Source: Octopus bimaculoides (Eukaryota). Taken from it: DNA of 49,890 bases. The translations under genes were made by a program, and so were the position numbers. Where the stretch lies: positions 27,323,253-27,373,142 of the forward strand of contig NC_068989.1 in assembly GCF_001194135.2 (NCBI RefSeq). The letters run 5' to 3'. Numbering within the stretch: position 1 is the first letter of the stretch; each line of letters begins with the position of its first letter. Under the pieces are notes generated by a model, which saw only the letters and a program-made list of their open reading frames with translations, was not told the DNA's origin and made no database searches. Of the stretch, positions 23,036 through 35,565 are shown in pieces.

Positions 23036-23533
23036 ATATATTATATATCTGCTTCCATATGTGTATGTATGTATTGACATGTATATATATATTTATATAT
23101 ATATATATGTATATATTGAGAGAGAGAGAGAGAGAAGAAAAGAGTGAGAGAGATAGACAGACAGTCAGAGACACAGATGATCGAATATTCTATAGCGCAT
23201 GTAGAAAATCGGATATTTGTCACTATTAATTGTTTCTCTGTTGAATCTTTGTCTGATAGAACGCTTAATTCTGAATTTCTTTGCTAACCTAGCTCTGATT
23301 ATGTACCGTTAATTGAAACTTGACTCTATATGTTCTGGTGTGTTGAGAAATTCTCTACTTGCATTAGATATGGTCACTGTTCTACCCCTATGACGTAGCA
23401 GTTAAATACCCTTCAAACTACAATTTAAAATCTTAGATAAAAAGGGGAACATTTGAATATATCATTAATTTCTCTACTTAAGTCATGTCTTACTATTTTA
23501 ATCAAAGGGAGGAAAATATTAGTTCTGTTTTGC

Positions 23534-23752
23534 AAGGCGCCGAGATGGCTGAATCGATATCAGATCGAGCAAAATGCTTAGCGGTATTTCGTCTGCTCTT
23601 ACCTATCCAAGATTATATTGTTCCGGGGTCGAACTTACCTTTCATCTTTCGGGAGTACCAGCTGAAGTAGCATTTGAGCACTGGCGTCGATGTATTCGGC
23701 TTAGCTCCTCCCCCGAAATTTTAATTCTTGTGCCAAAATCTGAAACCAATAT
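23534..23752 (+). mobile_element. tRNA-derived SINE, near full length, diverged
   Basis: AAGGCGCCGAGATGGCTGAATCG head, ATGCTTAGCGGTATTTCGTCTG, CCTTTCATC core, CTTGTGCCAAAATCTGAAAC tail; homologous to the 25578, 34344 and 45109 copies. Confidence 0.8.
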
Positions 23753-24169
23753 TAATTCTGCATCATTTCATTTCTTTATTTCCTTGCACAATACCTCTGG
23801 AACTACTAGTTCTGATTCGCCCTTTCCTTTTTAATATGAAAGCATGTAATATGAGAGTGGATTGGCTACACATTTTAGTATTTCTTGTAACTGTTTTGGT
23901 AGTTATTTTGTTTCTGCTGCAGGTGCTGATCGTAATAGAAATTTCGTTGACGCTACTGGTGATTGTGGTAGTTTGAAAACATTTCTACTCATTGTGCAAA
24001 AGCTGGCGAATGAATAGAGAAAAACAAAATGATTAACGAACGAAATGCTCTTCGTCTCATTTCTACAGATTTGTTTGCAAAGGAGTGTAGAATGAAGAAA
24101 TATAATTGACAGGTTTTTTGAATAGGAGTAAAATTTTAATTCGTGGGTGTGTTTGTACTAGGATTACTA

Positions 24170-25050
24170 AATGATTGAAAGATATACAGAGCGTTTATTC
24201 AATTATAGTTATTTGATTATTTATTTATACGTCTGTGGTATTGTGAATGAATTTACGTCATATGGATATAGCTATTCTCATAATGTAATCTCCAGTGGAA
24301 GATATTTGTTTTCTGGAGATTAGAATGCTCTATAATTATTAGTGGTATAATATAGTTACTGTAACTCGTAAATTGATAGAATACCATTGAGGTTCCACTG
24401 TTTCTTCGTTTTCGGGAATACTTAAAATATTAGAAATGTAGACATAATGATCCAACTTTTATATTTAATATTTTAGGATAGCCATGAATTTTAGCATAGC
24501 TATGAATAGCCATACACGTACTATTCTACTTAGTACACTGTTTTCATTTATAAAACAAGAAGTATACAAACACTGTTGTAATGAGTTGAATGGATATCAG
24601 GCATATTAGATTCCTGAAACAAAGAGTCTGTATTTCAGGTATTTCTTTTCATTTTGCTTTCCTTTTCTTTTGTTTTTTTTAGTTAACGAGAAAAATCAAA
24701 CTGTTTAACGATGGGTATTTTTACATGCCTTGGGTAATAATAAATTAAATAATAGCCAAATACTGGATATTAATTACATCAACTAAGACGTCCTCGTATA
24801 TTCTTTGGAACTTATGTTTAAGATCAATATTCTACACTATTGAACGTGATTATTGAGAAAATCGGTGGAGTATCTAATAAAACGGATTCTGATATTTAGT
24901 AACATATTTAGAAACGTATTTTTAATTCCATGGAAATTTCATTGACCTTTCATGTTATGCCTTTCAAAATTGAAATGTTTATGAATTGTTATGGGTCCAC
25001 ATATTTGATGCGGAGCTGCTCAAGGACACGTAAATCGCCGAACATTTTAT
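24170..25050 (-). mobile_element. Highly decayed PLE relic
   Basis: Collinear LRVLEQL, TPPIFSIIT...VPKNIRGRLS, NIKVGSLC and LNKRSVYLS remnants. Confidence 0.4.
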
Positions 25051-25577
25051 ATTTATTTCAAGTTGTGAACTACGAAAATAATGCACAGCAATACTGACAT
25101 TAGTTTAAATTGAACCCACAATGTACGATAAAGAAAATTAATACCTCAGATATTACACTAATTCTACACCACTTCAGTTAATCAATAGATAATTTTGATA
25201 TAAATAGAAATTGCCGACAGCAGAATAGAATTTTCCAAACTAATATCAAATATGAAGACACCGGATGTGCATCGATGTAACGTCGGAAGCGTACCAACAG
25301 CCATCCTTTACACAACTAACCGGTAGTTCGCATTATGATATTCCGTTTTCTCCGAATCAGCCGACTATGCAGAATAATTACTAAGAGCGGTGGGTAACAA
25401 AATATGTAGAGTACCGAACGAAATACTATAATTCATTAAATCTCTTTCAGCTCTGATTTCAAATCGCAACGAGTATATTTATTTTTCATTTTCCATGCAC
25501 TAAAAGTTAATGAAATGGTATAAAGTAATATATTAATATATTAACTGGATAGTCTACTATATATATTTTCTACATTT

Positions 25578-25792
25578 AAGGCGGCGAGCTGAAAGAATCG
25601 TTAGCACATCGGGCGAAACGTTTAGCGGCATTTCGTCTGTCTTCACGTCCTAAGTGCAAATTCCTCCGAGGCCGACTTTGCCTTTCATCTTTTGGTGGTT
25701 GATAAGATAAGTGCCAGTTTAACACTGGGGTTGATTTAATCGACATAGCCTCTCCTCGGATCCTGCTGGCCTTGTACCAAAATTTGAAGCCA
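25578..25792 (+). mobile_element. tRNA-derived SINE, full length
   Basis: AAGGCGGCGAGCTGAAAGAATCGTTAGCAC head with A/B-box-like words, GACTTTGCCTTTCATC core, CTTGTACCAAAATTTGAAGCC tail. Confidence 0.85.
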
Positions 25793-27987
25793 ATATATAT
25801 TTTTAACATTTAACATTGAGCAATCCGGCTATAACACTTGTTACAATGGCAATGTGTATTCTCTTCAATAGTTATTATAATATTGCAACCGAGTAAAGCC
25901 CTCAGTGACAAAAGTTAGTACGTTGGACTCAATCTGTCGACTGACATTATGAATTCGAATTCTGCAGATATCAACTTAACTTTAAAATTTTCAGGATCAA
26001 TATAATAAGAACAAGACACTAAATATGTACAGATATGCTTGTGCGATAAAGAACGTGCGCTTGCATGGGTGTATAATTTTAAAATGGACGCTTGTATGGG
26101 TGTGTATTTTGAAAAAATTAACTTTGAAAACATAGTCTGGGAGAGAAAAGTACCACATTAGAGGAATTTGATAGATTAAGTGAAATGCAGAATCCCGTCG
26201 TCTGCATGATCGCTAATTATTTTCAATGAGCACACACACACACACACACACACGCACACACACATACACAAACACGCACGCTCGCACACACGCACACACA
26301 CATATGCATATATGTGTGTGTATGTATGTGTGTCAGTGTATGTGTATGTACGCGCGTGCTTGCGTATTCGATGAAAATTAATTTTAAAATTATCCATTTT
26401 GGAAGAGTGAAATGTTAGTTTCATTACTTTGCTGTTTTAACGTTTGAAATTTGCTGTAACGCTGCGTATATCATGGGATTTGCCATTCAAATGGTTTTGT
26501 TATTTTCTAAAACCGTTTTTAGTCTAACGTAGTAATAAAAACGTTACTTTATTGATTTATCAGCTTGTAATATGGAACTGAGGCTTTTGGGTAAATAGTT
26601 ACAGAACTTAGGATCGCTACCAATGAAGCTTCATTACACAGATCTTGTCGAATATACAGGATTAGCTAACTTCCTGCTATATCATTTAGAATCAGATTGA
26701 TAGTCTTAGGAAAGTTGTTATTAATTTCTTTGAAGAATGGAAAGTCCTACAAACGTTGGCGTCTTTAATTCGTTTATCAGACGTAAACACATGTACAGAG
26801 CTTACAATAAGTTACATTTTTAATGGTTATTTATTAACCAGACTTCAAAATTGTGGATATTAATACTTACCGCCGCATATCTAGTATTTTATCTCCTAAA
26901 GACGTCCTTAAATCCACCTCACACTAATCAGGGCAATATGTTAGAATGAGTGGTTACAAAGAAAAGATAAATTTGACCCTATCTCATGAACTTATATATA
27001 GTCATCCATAAAAACGCTTTAGCACGGTAAAATTGTACAACATCCGCTATATTATCTTTGCTATGGTATCTAACATAGCAGAATCTTTCATAAATACTGA
27101 ACAGAATCATTTCAAATGTTCGCATGTGCTACTAAGCATTCAAAATGAATTCATTGCAAGTTAGCAATAGCAGCACTACTACACTTTTCAACTCCTTAAT
27201 CAATCACACATTTCCGTCTAAGATTCAACCATAATGCAATAGTACCAAAATTGCCTTATACCTCCCAAACAGAAAATATGCCAGCAAAGAGTTGATTTAT
27301 TGCAAAGTTACCAAAGAATGGCTAAGGTAATTATTTGTACCTAACAAATCATTTAATTAAAAGTGTTTATGACCGTACACGTATTGTTTAAGACAATCGG
27401 AGGAACGAAACATCCAAAGTTTATTACAACATGCCAGTAGTCACCACAGATTTTTTGTAGCATAGTCAGCTGATGAATATTACAACCCACAACTATTTAT
27501 GAGGATAAAAGAAAATGCTTTTGATTATTGATTGCACTTCTCTGTGATAAAACCACACTAACGAAAGCCTGCGGAAGGAAACCTTAACAATAAATGTTGA
27601 AATACAGACAATAATACAGAAAATAAGAAAAAGTATACAAATCGGGTATATTGCAGGACACATGATTAGAATAGTCATTTTTTGGAGAATGTAGGAGATG
27701 TCCGAAGCATAACTGACATTTACTAAATTAGCGTAGTGTTTTCATTTTGGGCAGGGGTTTGTTATTTCCAGTTAAAAATCCGTCGGTTAACGTGTTACTC
27801 GTACATTCGTCACATGCCTTGCGTGTTCATTTTCTTTACAGATTTATTGGAGTGGACGGCCGTGTTATTCCTACGATACGTCACAAGCACCTTTGGACGT
27901 GGCGGAGCCTTTGCTTCTCTACGATTGATCACATATTATTTCTTCCTAAAAAAAAATACAGAAGGACACAAAGATTGAGAGAAAGAG

Positions 27988-28085
27988 AAGAATCGACTCC
28001 AGTTCATGACTGACAAAGTTATATTTTATTTATCGACACTGAAATGATGACAAGTAAAATTTACCTTGGCAGTATTTGAACTCAC
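27988..28085 (-). mobile_element. tRNA-derived SINE, degraded fragment
   Basis: ATCGACTCCAG...TTTTATTTATCGAC...GATGA...GCAGTATTTGAACTC matches the reverse complement of the family core. Confidence 0.5.
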
Positions 28086-28676
28086 TTTACAAAAGATGAC
28101 AGGGCTGCAGCAATGCTTATGCAATGTACTAGCCATTCAACCAATTAACCACCATAATACTCGCATACCAATTATTTAAATCTCACATTGATATTTTCTC
28201 TATATTTCTTTTTTGTATCATATTTGCGCTGACAAACACATCATTCCTCTAACTTACATGGTTTTATTTTTAACACAACTAGATTCTGGGCATTCTTGTT
28301 GCAGAATATTTTATTTGTTACAGTATGTAGACAGTAGATAAATTTCATTTTAATTGTTCTAGTATGCTTCCATATTCTAGAAATTGATACACAAACATAG
28401 TTTTTGCTAAACACATTTCTTTTTACTCTGTACACATACTGAGAGAGGGAGGGAGGGAGAGAGATATGTAGGGAGGTAGATCGGTGGGTACATAGGTAGG
28501 TATGTATGAGCACAGATGTTTGGACATATATAAACACAAACATATGGTGAGCTGGATACGTCAATGAGAAGAGCACAAGGACACGAAAACATATAATACG
28601 TACATGTGTATACAAGGGCATACACACATATATGTGTACACGTACACACACACGCATATACATTCATACATATGTA

Positions 28677-28708
<32 letters not shown>

Positions 28709-28989
28709 NNNNNNNNNNNNNNNNNNNNNNNNNNNNNNNNNNNNNNNNNNNNNNNNNNNNNNNNNNNNNNNNNNNNNNNNNNNNNNNNNNNNNNNNNNNN
28801 NNNNNNNNNNNNNNNNNNNNNNNNNNNNNNNNNNNNNNNNNNNNNNNNNNNNNNNNNNNNNNNNNNNNNNNNNNNNNNNNNNNNNNNNNNNNNNNNNNNN
28901 NNNNNNNNNNNNNNNNNNNNNNNNNNNNNNNNNNNNNNNNNNNNNNNNNNNNNNNNNNNNNNNNNNNNNNNNNNNNNNNNNNNNNNCAA

Positions 28990-30214
28990 GAAGAAGCAAT
29001 TCTGTTGGGCTAGTTAGCCGTTGTTTTATTATGTGGAGGTTATGTAATGAGTCATTGTGGAGGTTGAGGTTATGTAGTGAGTCATTTACGTACGTTTCAA
29101 TCTAGCCAATGGTTTTGCAGATCTCATCAGAATGTTGAGGAGTATGCTAAGAGTTCGTGTTGCGAGGGATGTAGGAGAAGTGATTGGTGGGTATATTAAT
29201 GTATATGGTGGTGTAATAATAGCGATAGGTAAAGAAAGCCTTACGTTTTAGTTGAAGTTGTGTTGGTCTTCCTGTAAGGGGATGTAGGATGGGTGCTATT
29301 TAAGCTCATTATTCCGGTTTTAATCAAATGCATCTCCACGTGATTTTATGATTGAGGGATCCGTCGTATATTTATAGCACCGGCGGTATTAGTACAGGGA
29401 AGCAACCTTAAATTTAGGTGAAAAGGGGACTAACTCTGGTCTTATTCGTATCTACTTATAATTAATAATACTTAGAGGGAAAGTTCTTTTATGCATATTT
29501 AGTTTAGCTTAGGAGGTGTAGTGTGTTATATATTTAATTATACTTAGAGAATGAGTACTTAGTAGCGTGAAGACAGATTAGACTAGATTCATATCTCCTG
29601 TTTAATAGGTCGTTCTTAGCCGTTAGGATCTCAAGGCACTCGGTTAAACAGACCTGACAACGTCTGTTAGTTGGGTTATAGGAATTAGCTACTTTTAGTA
29701 TGTGCCACTTTAGTTTATATTCTATCTTATTGTCGTTTAGTTCCCAGATATACCTACTAAGCCCTGTTGAATTTGCCTTATTTCTGTTTTTAAAACTAGA
29801 TATGTGCTCATTATATCTAAGACGTATTTGGTTCTTAGTCGCCCCAATGTAAGATTTAGTGATTTAGTGTGGCTGTTTGTTTGTACGTCACATTGGTAAA
29901 CTATATTATCTGTCTTGCATCTATTGGAGAAATTACATTTATTCCTGTCTCTACAGCCACATAGGTTGTAAGGGGTGTCTATGTCTGTGTGCTGTTGTGT
30001 GGTCCTATTGTTTTTTTGGTGTGCATCCCTCCTAGTAAGGGGTGTTGGATTAGGGTTGCAGTTAGTTCTATTATTTGGGGGGTTGTTGATTTGGTTGTTC
30101 GTGGTGTTTCTAGCTGTATAGAATGCGTCTAATTTCTTATTATTAATAGCTAAGTTACATGTTAGGCTGTGGCCTATTCTTATTTTGTTCTTAAATATTT
30201 CTGCGTATTTATTG
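28990..30214 (-). mobile_element. Penelope-like element 3' part: GIY-YIG (one frameshift) plus 3' pLTR with HHR
   Basis: CGCRDRNKCNFSNRCKTDNIVYQC, then frameshift to YIGATKNQIRLRYNEHISSFKNRNKANSTGLSRYIWELNDNKIEYKLKWHILKVANSYNPTNRRCQVCLTECLEILTAKNDLLNRRYESSLICLHATKYSFSKYN* (stop 29534-29536). 5' part is lost in gap 30215-30455. Confidence 0.9.
29083..29134 (-). ncRNA. Canonical minimal type I hammerhead ribozyme
   Basis: CATT-CTGATGA-GATCT(15 nt)AGATT-GAAA-CGTACG-TA-AATG. Perfect core, 5-bp stem II, palindromic ACGTACGT stem III, GUA site, 4-bp stem I; same strand as the PLE ORF, ~400 nt past its stop. Confidence 0.72.
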
Positions 30215-30805
30215 NNNNNNNNNNNNNNNNNNNNNNNNNNNNNNNNNNNNNNNNNNNNNNNNNNNNNNNNNNNNNNNNNNNNNNNNNNNNNNNNNNNNNN
30301 NNNNNNNNNNNNNNNNNNNNNNNNNNNNNNNNNNNNNNNNNNNNNNNNNNNNNNNNNNNNNNNNNNNNNNNNNNNNNNNNNNNNNNNNNNNNNNNNNNNN
30401 NNNNNNNNNNNNNNNNNNNNNNNNNNNNNNNNNNNNNNNNNNNNNNNNNNNNNNNATATAAATTCAGAAGAGTGGTACAACAAGGCACCAATATTTACTG
30501 GAAAATAGCAATCGATACAATTACGACGCTATTGTATAGCTTCACTGCGTATATACTGGCAGAAATGTTTGTGTGCAACAAACATGAAAAATTTGTCTTA
30601 CCTCTAGGAAGAAAATTCCAGAAATGGATAACCCAGATTTAGGATAATGTAGGACCGGTTTCAGACTCTTCAAATACGTTTCACAACATAAATTTGATCA
30701 GTCTTCATCAGCTGCATTTACGTAGACAATATTTCAAATGTTGCCACATCAATGCCAAGTATACTCGCCTGGAGATCAATACATTTGTATTGAAATATTT
30801 TTCAT

Positions 30806-30881
<76 letters not shown>

Positions 30882-31700
30882 GAAGCCATATAAACGGCCA
30901 CGCCATGGACAAGTTTAGGAAGGGCTTAATAGAAATATTCAAGGAATACGGTTTATCCACATTGGTTACCACCAACATTACCATGGTCGATTTCTTGGAT
31001 TTAGGCCTGAAACGGATGAGTACTACGCCTACATGATTCCCAATGAACAAATAGTATACACCCACAACAGCTCGAACTATCCCCCTACCCCTGCGATGAT
31101 TAGAAATCTTTCTCAGGCATTAACAGAAGAATATCCAAGTACTCGGTCGATAGGGAGATCATTCATAGGGACGGCCTCACTACAATGATGCTTTGGCTAG
31201 GAGTGGGTTCACTGAGAAGCTCACACCGCACACCAACAGGATCAATAAAAAGAAAATAATCTGGTTCAAACTAAAATTTTACGTTAACATAGCAATCAGC
31301 TTCCTGTTGTTGATTAAGAAATAGTTTCCGCAGAAGGCCACAGGTACTACAACAGCAAGGTGACCTAACCCACACGACGTCATGGTTAGACAACATGGCC
31401 TCTAGCATCACACGCTTCAACAGACTCAGAAATGAATCCGCGCAACCTCCAACCCTAACAAGAAATACCAAATGTCCTACTGCTGTTACCTGATGTATGT
31501 CTTTCTGCTGAACTTCATACCACTGGTCGCCGTCAATCTGGACGTACCACCTTAGCATCAGCTGCTACCCTACACTGGCTGTAGTAAGGATAGTGTCCTT
31601 GACCGACCTCCAAGAGCAGAGCCGCCAACCACCAACTCGCAACGTCAGCGTAGTCTGACCCACATGGCTTTGTGCACCCTGCAAAATCCTTGATTTTCTC
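30882..31700 (+). mobile_element. Decayed PLE fragment (RT end, thumb, start of EN)
   Basis: KFRKGLIEIFKEYGLS...TMVDFLD, PNEQIVYTHNSSNYPP, NRRISKYS, YNDALARSGF, KKKIIWF, FLLLIKK*FP, LDNMASSITRFN, KSRAANH. Divergently oriented to the minus-strand PLE across the gap. Confidence 0.8.
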
Positions 31701-31789
31701 TCCGTATAGGGGGAGTGCATGCATAAACAATCACATATGAAAACACACAAGCATCCACGTGCACGCATACGCCAAATACACGCCTAATC

Positions 31790-32350
31790 GCCCAAATTTA
31801 TACACACCCATCATTCCCGTACACACCCAAACACACATATGCACACACACACACACACATACACATACACACACACACACAAACCGGACATATAAACACT
31901 ACACATGCCAGCGCATCCGCAAATCCACATCCTCGTATATACATATGTACGTGATTATAGATATATACTCACACACACACATGCATACACATATACACAT
32001 GCACACAGACGTGTGCATTCGTACACACACGCGTGCATAAGCACATACGCACACAGTACACATAAACACGACACCAGTCATGCCAGCTCACCCGCAAATC
32101 CACAATCCTCCTATATGGATATCCACATAGGTATGCATACACGCGCACGCACGCGCAGATATACACAGACTCAAATATATACACACATATATATTCACAT
32201 ATGCACACGCATACATATATATATATACACACACATACACACCTCTCCGTTCATTCGGCTACTCTATGAGCCGTAGAAGACAGGCACCGTTAGGGACCTG
32301 CGCCACTTGAAGTAGTACGGAATCCGAATTAAACTGCTTTGAATACGTGT

Positions 32351-32424
<74 letters not shown>

Positions 32425-32603
32425 CTGTGTGTGTCTGTGTCTGTGTCTGTTTCTGTGTCTGTGTCTGTGTTTGTTTGTGTGTACGTATATATGCAAATCT
32501 ATAATTTTATTAGTTAAACTCTTAGACTGAGGCTGCACTTTAAAGAGTTTCGTCCACCAAGACAGCGCCATTCCGTTTCTTCTGCAAAATCCCAAAGCTA
32601 CAC

Positions 32604-32634
<31 letters not shown>

Positions 32635-32650
32635 TATATACACACACACA
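31790..32650. repeat. Compound CA/GT/TA low-complexity tract
   Basis: Long interrupted (CA)n, (GT)n and (GTCTGT)n runs. Confidence 0.9.
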
Positions 32651-32899
32651 CATTCACAACAAAAGTTAAAATGATTGAAAAGTATAAACACCTGAAAACA
32701 CAACTGACGGCAAAGTTCAAACAAAACATTACCAGTTACATTAATAAACGATTACATGAAAGAACATCTGCAATAGGAATCGATAGAACACCTATCGACT
32801 TGATGCCATCCTCAATCAATCGAGTTGCTTAGGAACACATATGAAGCATACTGAATCCCGACTTTTCTACATTCAGTAATCTACTTTACTGTACTGTGG

Positions 32900-33780
32900 C
32901 AATCGTTCACAAACAGTTGCCTGTACACAGCTAGATAGCACAGCCACAATATATTAACTTACTTTGGACACAAATATATAGAATCAGAAAAATATTGAAC
33001 ATAAGATGCTATCATCAAGTGGAGAGGAATAATAATTTCTTGAACAACCAGCTGCGAATTTTCCACAGATTATCTAAAGTCTACTTGATATATGGTCAAG
33101 ATAAACTAACAGGTAAGCTAATTGCCTTTAAACAACAGCAAATTGAAAACCTAGAAGGTTTGTACTAAACTCACTAAACCCACAAGTGAGTGGCAAGTTG
33201 TACTCATTTACAAGAGATATCTGAAATGAAAACACGACTGAACTATAATGCGGTCAAAGGCGATACCGAATGAGTAATGTGAAAAAGTCCCACCCAACTT
33301 TCATATGAATAATGAAATTTTCCCGGTGGTAATTTGTACACTCTTAAGACGTTTAATGACAAGTTGTGTTTATGAAGATTTGAATTAACAATACATCTGC
33401 AATCGATAAGATGCTTCAAAGGCCATGCAATGTGATTGGTGATGATATGTCCAAGAACCATTGCATATTTGTTGAAGGATTTAACATATATTAAAACTTA
33501 TTTATAATTGATGCTAGTTGTTATTGTTTATTTCTTCAGCGATTTCCAAGTAAAATTTAGGGCAGCATTTATCGATTAATATTATGCCGATGGTTAGAAA
33601 TTCGAAATAGATTACTTTCAAACTTGTGTTTAAAAGGTATCCGTACATAACTGATATAAAATAAACTAGATACAATAAAGTAGTAATTATACATTTTTCT
33701 GTCTATGAGAGAGTTACTTATTGCATAGTCTTGTATAATTGCATAAACTAAAATGGAAGAGGAAGATATCAATGCATTGA
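32900..33780 (+). mobile_element. Possible highly decayed PLE relic
   Basis: Collinear RIFHRLS, FPGGNLYTLKTFN, PCNVIGDDMSKNHC..IY and FFCL*ESYLL...KWKRKI remnants; weak. Confidence 0.33.
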
Positions 33781-34343
33781 GATATTAATACGTAGAGTGA
33801 GTTGAGTGATATTATGTTGATAATTACGAAAGAAAACTTACTACTTTGAAAGTGAAATCATGTGTTTTGTAGTCTTGAATATTGGACATTTCCTAAAGAA
33901 ATGAAGTAAGAATGTTAGAAGCTCCTACGATGTACACTTATGCTTGGAATTATATACAAACGAAGTAGATGTATGTTTAACGTATGATGAATTTCGTAAG
34001 CATTGTTAATAAATATGTCAACGCAGCTAAATCATTAAACGGAGAATTTTAAACGATTTTTAAAATGTTATCATTTGTCTTAAGTTATGATTGGCGAAGA
34101 AATTATGTGTTTCACGTCAAATCACATTAAACAAGTTAAAAGTGTTGAAATAATGGGAAGAAATTAAGAGAAATAATTAGAAAATGTATCATAAATATGT
34201 TATAGGGATAATAAATGCTGCATAATCATATGCACTGAAGTCGTATCAAGTGATACAAATATAACTAATCATAGAATGATTACATGAAGAGGAGAGTTTG
34301 AGTATCATAAAGTTTGGATAGGATAATAATATTAATATGCGTC

Positions 34344-34575
34344 AACGGAGCGAGCTGGTAGACACGTTAGCACGCAGGGTGAAATGCTTAGCGGTATTTT
34401 GTCTGCCATTACGTTCTGAGTTCAAATTCCGCCGAGATCGACTTTGCCTTTCATCCTTTCGGTGTCGATTAAATAAGTACCAGTTACGCAGTGGGGTCGA
34501 TGTAATCGACTTGATCCCTTTCTTTGTCTTTGTTTGTCCCCTCTATGTTTAGCCCCCTGTGGGCAATAAAGAAAT
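34344..34575 (+). mobile_element. tRNA-derived SINE, best-preserved copy (octopus OK/OR-like; core resembles a MetaSINE domain, from recall)
   Basis: A-box-like GAGCTGGTAGA, B-box-like GAGTTCAAATTCC, GACTTTGCCTTTCATCCTTTCGGTGTCGATTAAATAAGTACCAG core, A-rich end GCAATAAAGAAATA. Confidence 0.88.
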
Positions 34576-35064
34576 ACATATTAGTATGCCTCTTCTGGTC
34601 GAACTGATGTAGAGTAACAAGAAGGAAAGTATGTCCTATAAAAATGTTCATATTAGGGATGTTAAATTGCACAGTAACTATGGTTCTTAATGATCTGTTC
34701 AGATTGTAAAAATAAGATGTTCATCTGCAATCAATGAGTTACGGATTCCAAGCAACTGTCATACTTCATTGGCAACTGTCAGACTTATGGCTTTGTAGAA
34801 GGAAAGACTTTGGATGACTGTCAGGGAAACTTTTAATGAAATTCGACGGGCCAGACTTTACTTACTGCATTTGAGGTATGCAGCATCACTCAACTACAAT
34901 ACAAGCTCCAACTCAAGGTCATATGATAGGCGAAAGTTTGTCTTTAAATTTAAACGCAAACACGTTGTCAGCATTTGGTTACACCTAACATAGTTGCCAA
35001 CACTTTAGACACGCTTTATCACCTTCATGTTTCAATCTAAATATTATCTAAGAAAACTACTTAC

Positions 35065-35565
35065 GACATTGCATTATCACATTAGACAAGAAAAAAAGTG
35101 TGCAACCACATTACATTCGTATATTGAACCACTACCTTGTCATAAAGAATTGTCACCATCACATCAGATGCAGATAGGATCCCCATTTCATAGCACCAAA
35201 ATAATGTCACAGTTAACTTACACCTAAACATTGTCCCCCATCAGTTGGACATAAAAACTGTCACCATCACATTATACTGAGAGTGTTGCCATCACTTTAC
35301 ACGCGAATATCGTCACGTGTTACTCAAACAATGTTGCCATCTACAGACAGATATTGTCACCAGCACTTGACAGTAAATATCGTAGCCATCACATTATGAC
35401 TAAACATTGCTACCATCAAAATATCTCCAAATATGGTCGCCATCAATATACTCCGAAATATTTTAGCCAAAGCTTTCCACCGAAATATTGTCGCATTCGA
35501 AACAGATTCAAACATTGTTGCCTTCGTACATTATTTAAAAATTGTCTTCCAAAAGTAGTAAACAT
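35065..35565. repeat. Degenerate 27-bp minisatellite (~18 units)
   Basis: Consensus near AAATATTGTCACCATCACATTATACT; unit starts at 35375, 35402, 35429, 35456, 35483, 35510 and 35537 (exact 27-bp period). Confidence 0.75.

Noticed and set aside
23728-23976. Hydrophobic ORF resembling a membrane peptide
   Set aside because: Starts inside a SINE tail, and the hydrophobic part is G/T-rich low-complexity sequence.
27463-27530. CTGATGA...GAAA with a possible 6-bp stem I
   Set aside because: No stem II or stem III; expected by chance in AT-rich DNA.
30670-30715. Minus-strand CTGATGA...GAAACGTA hammerhead-like motif
   Set aside because: Core words are present, but stems I and II pair poorly; at most a decayed relic.
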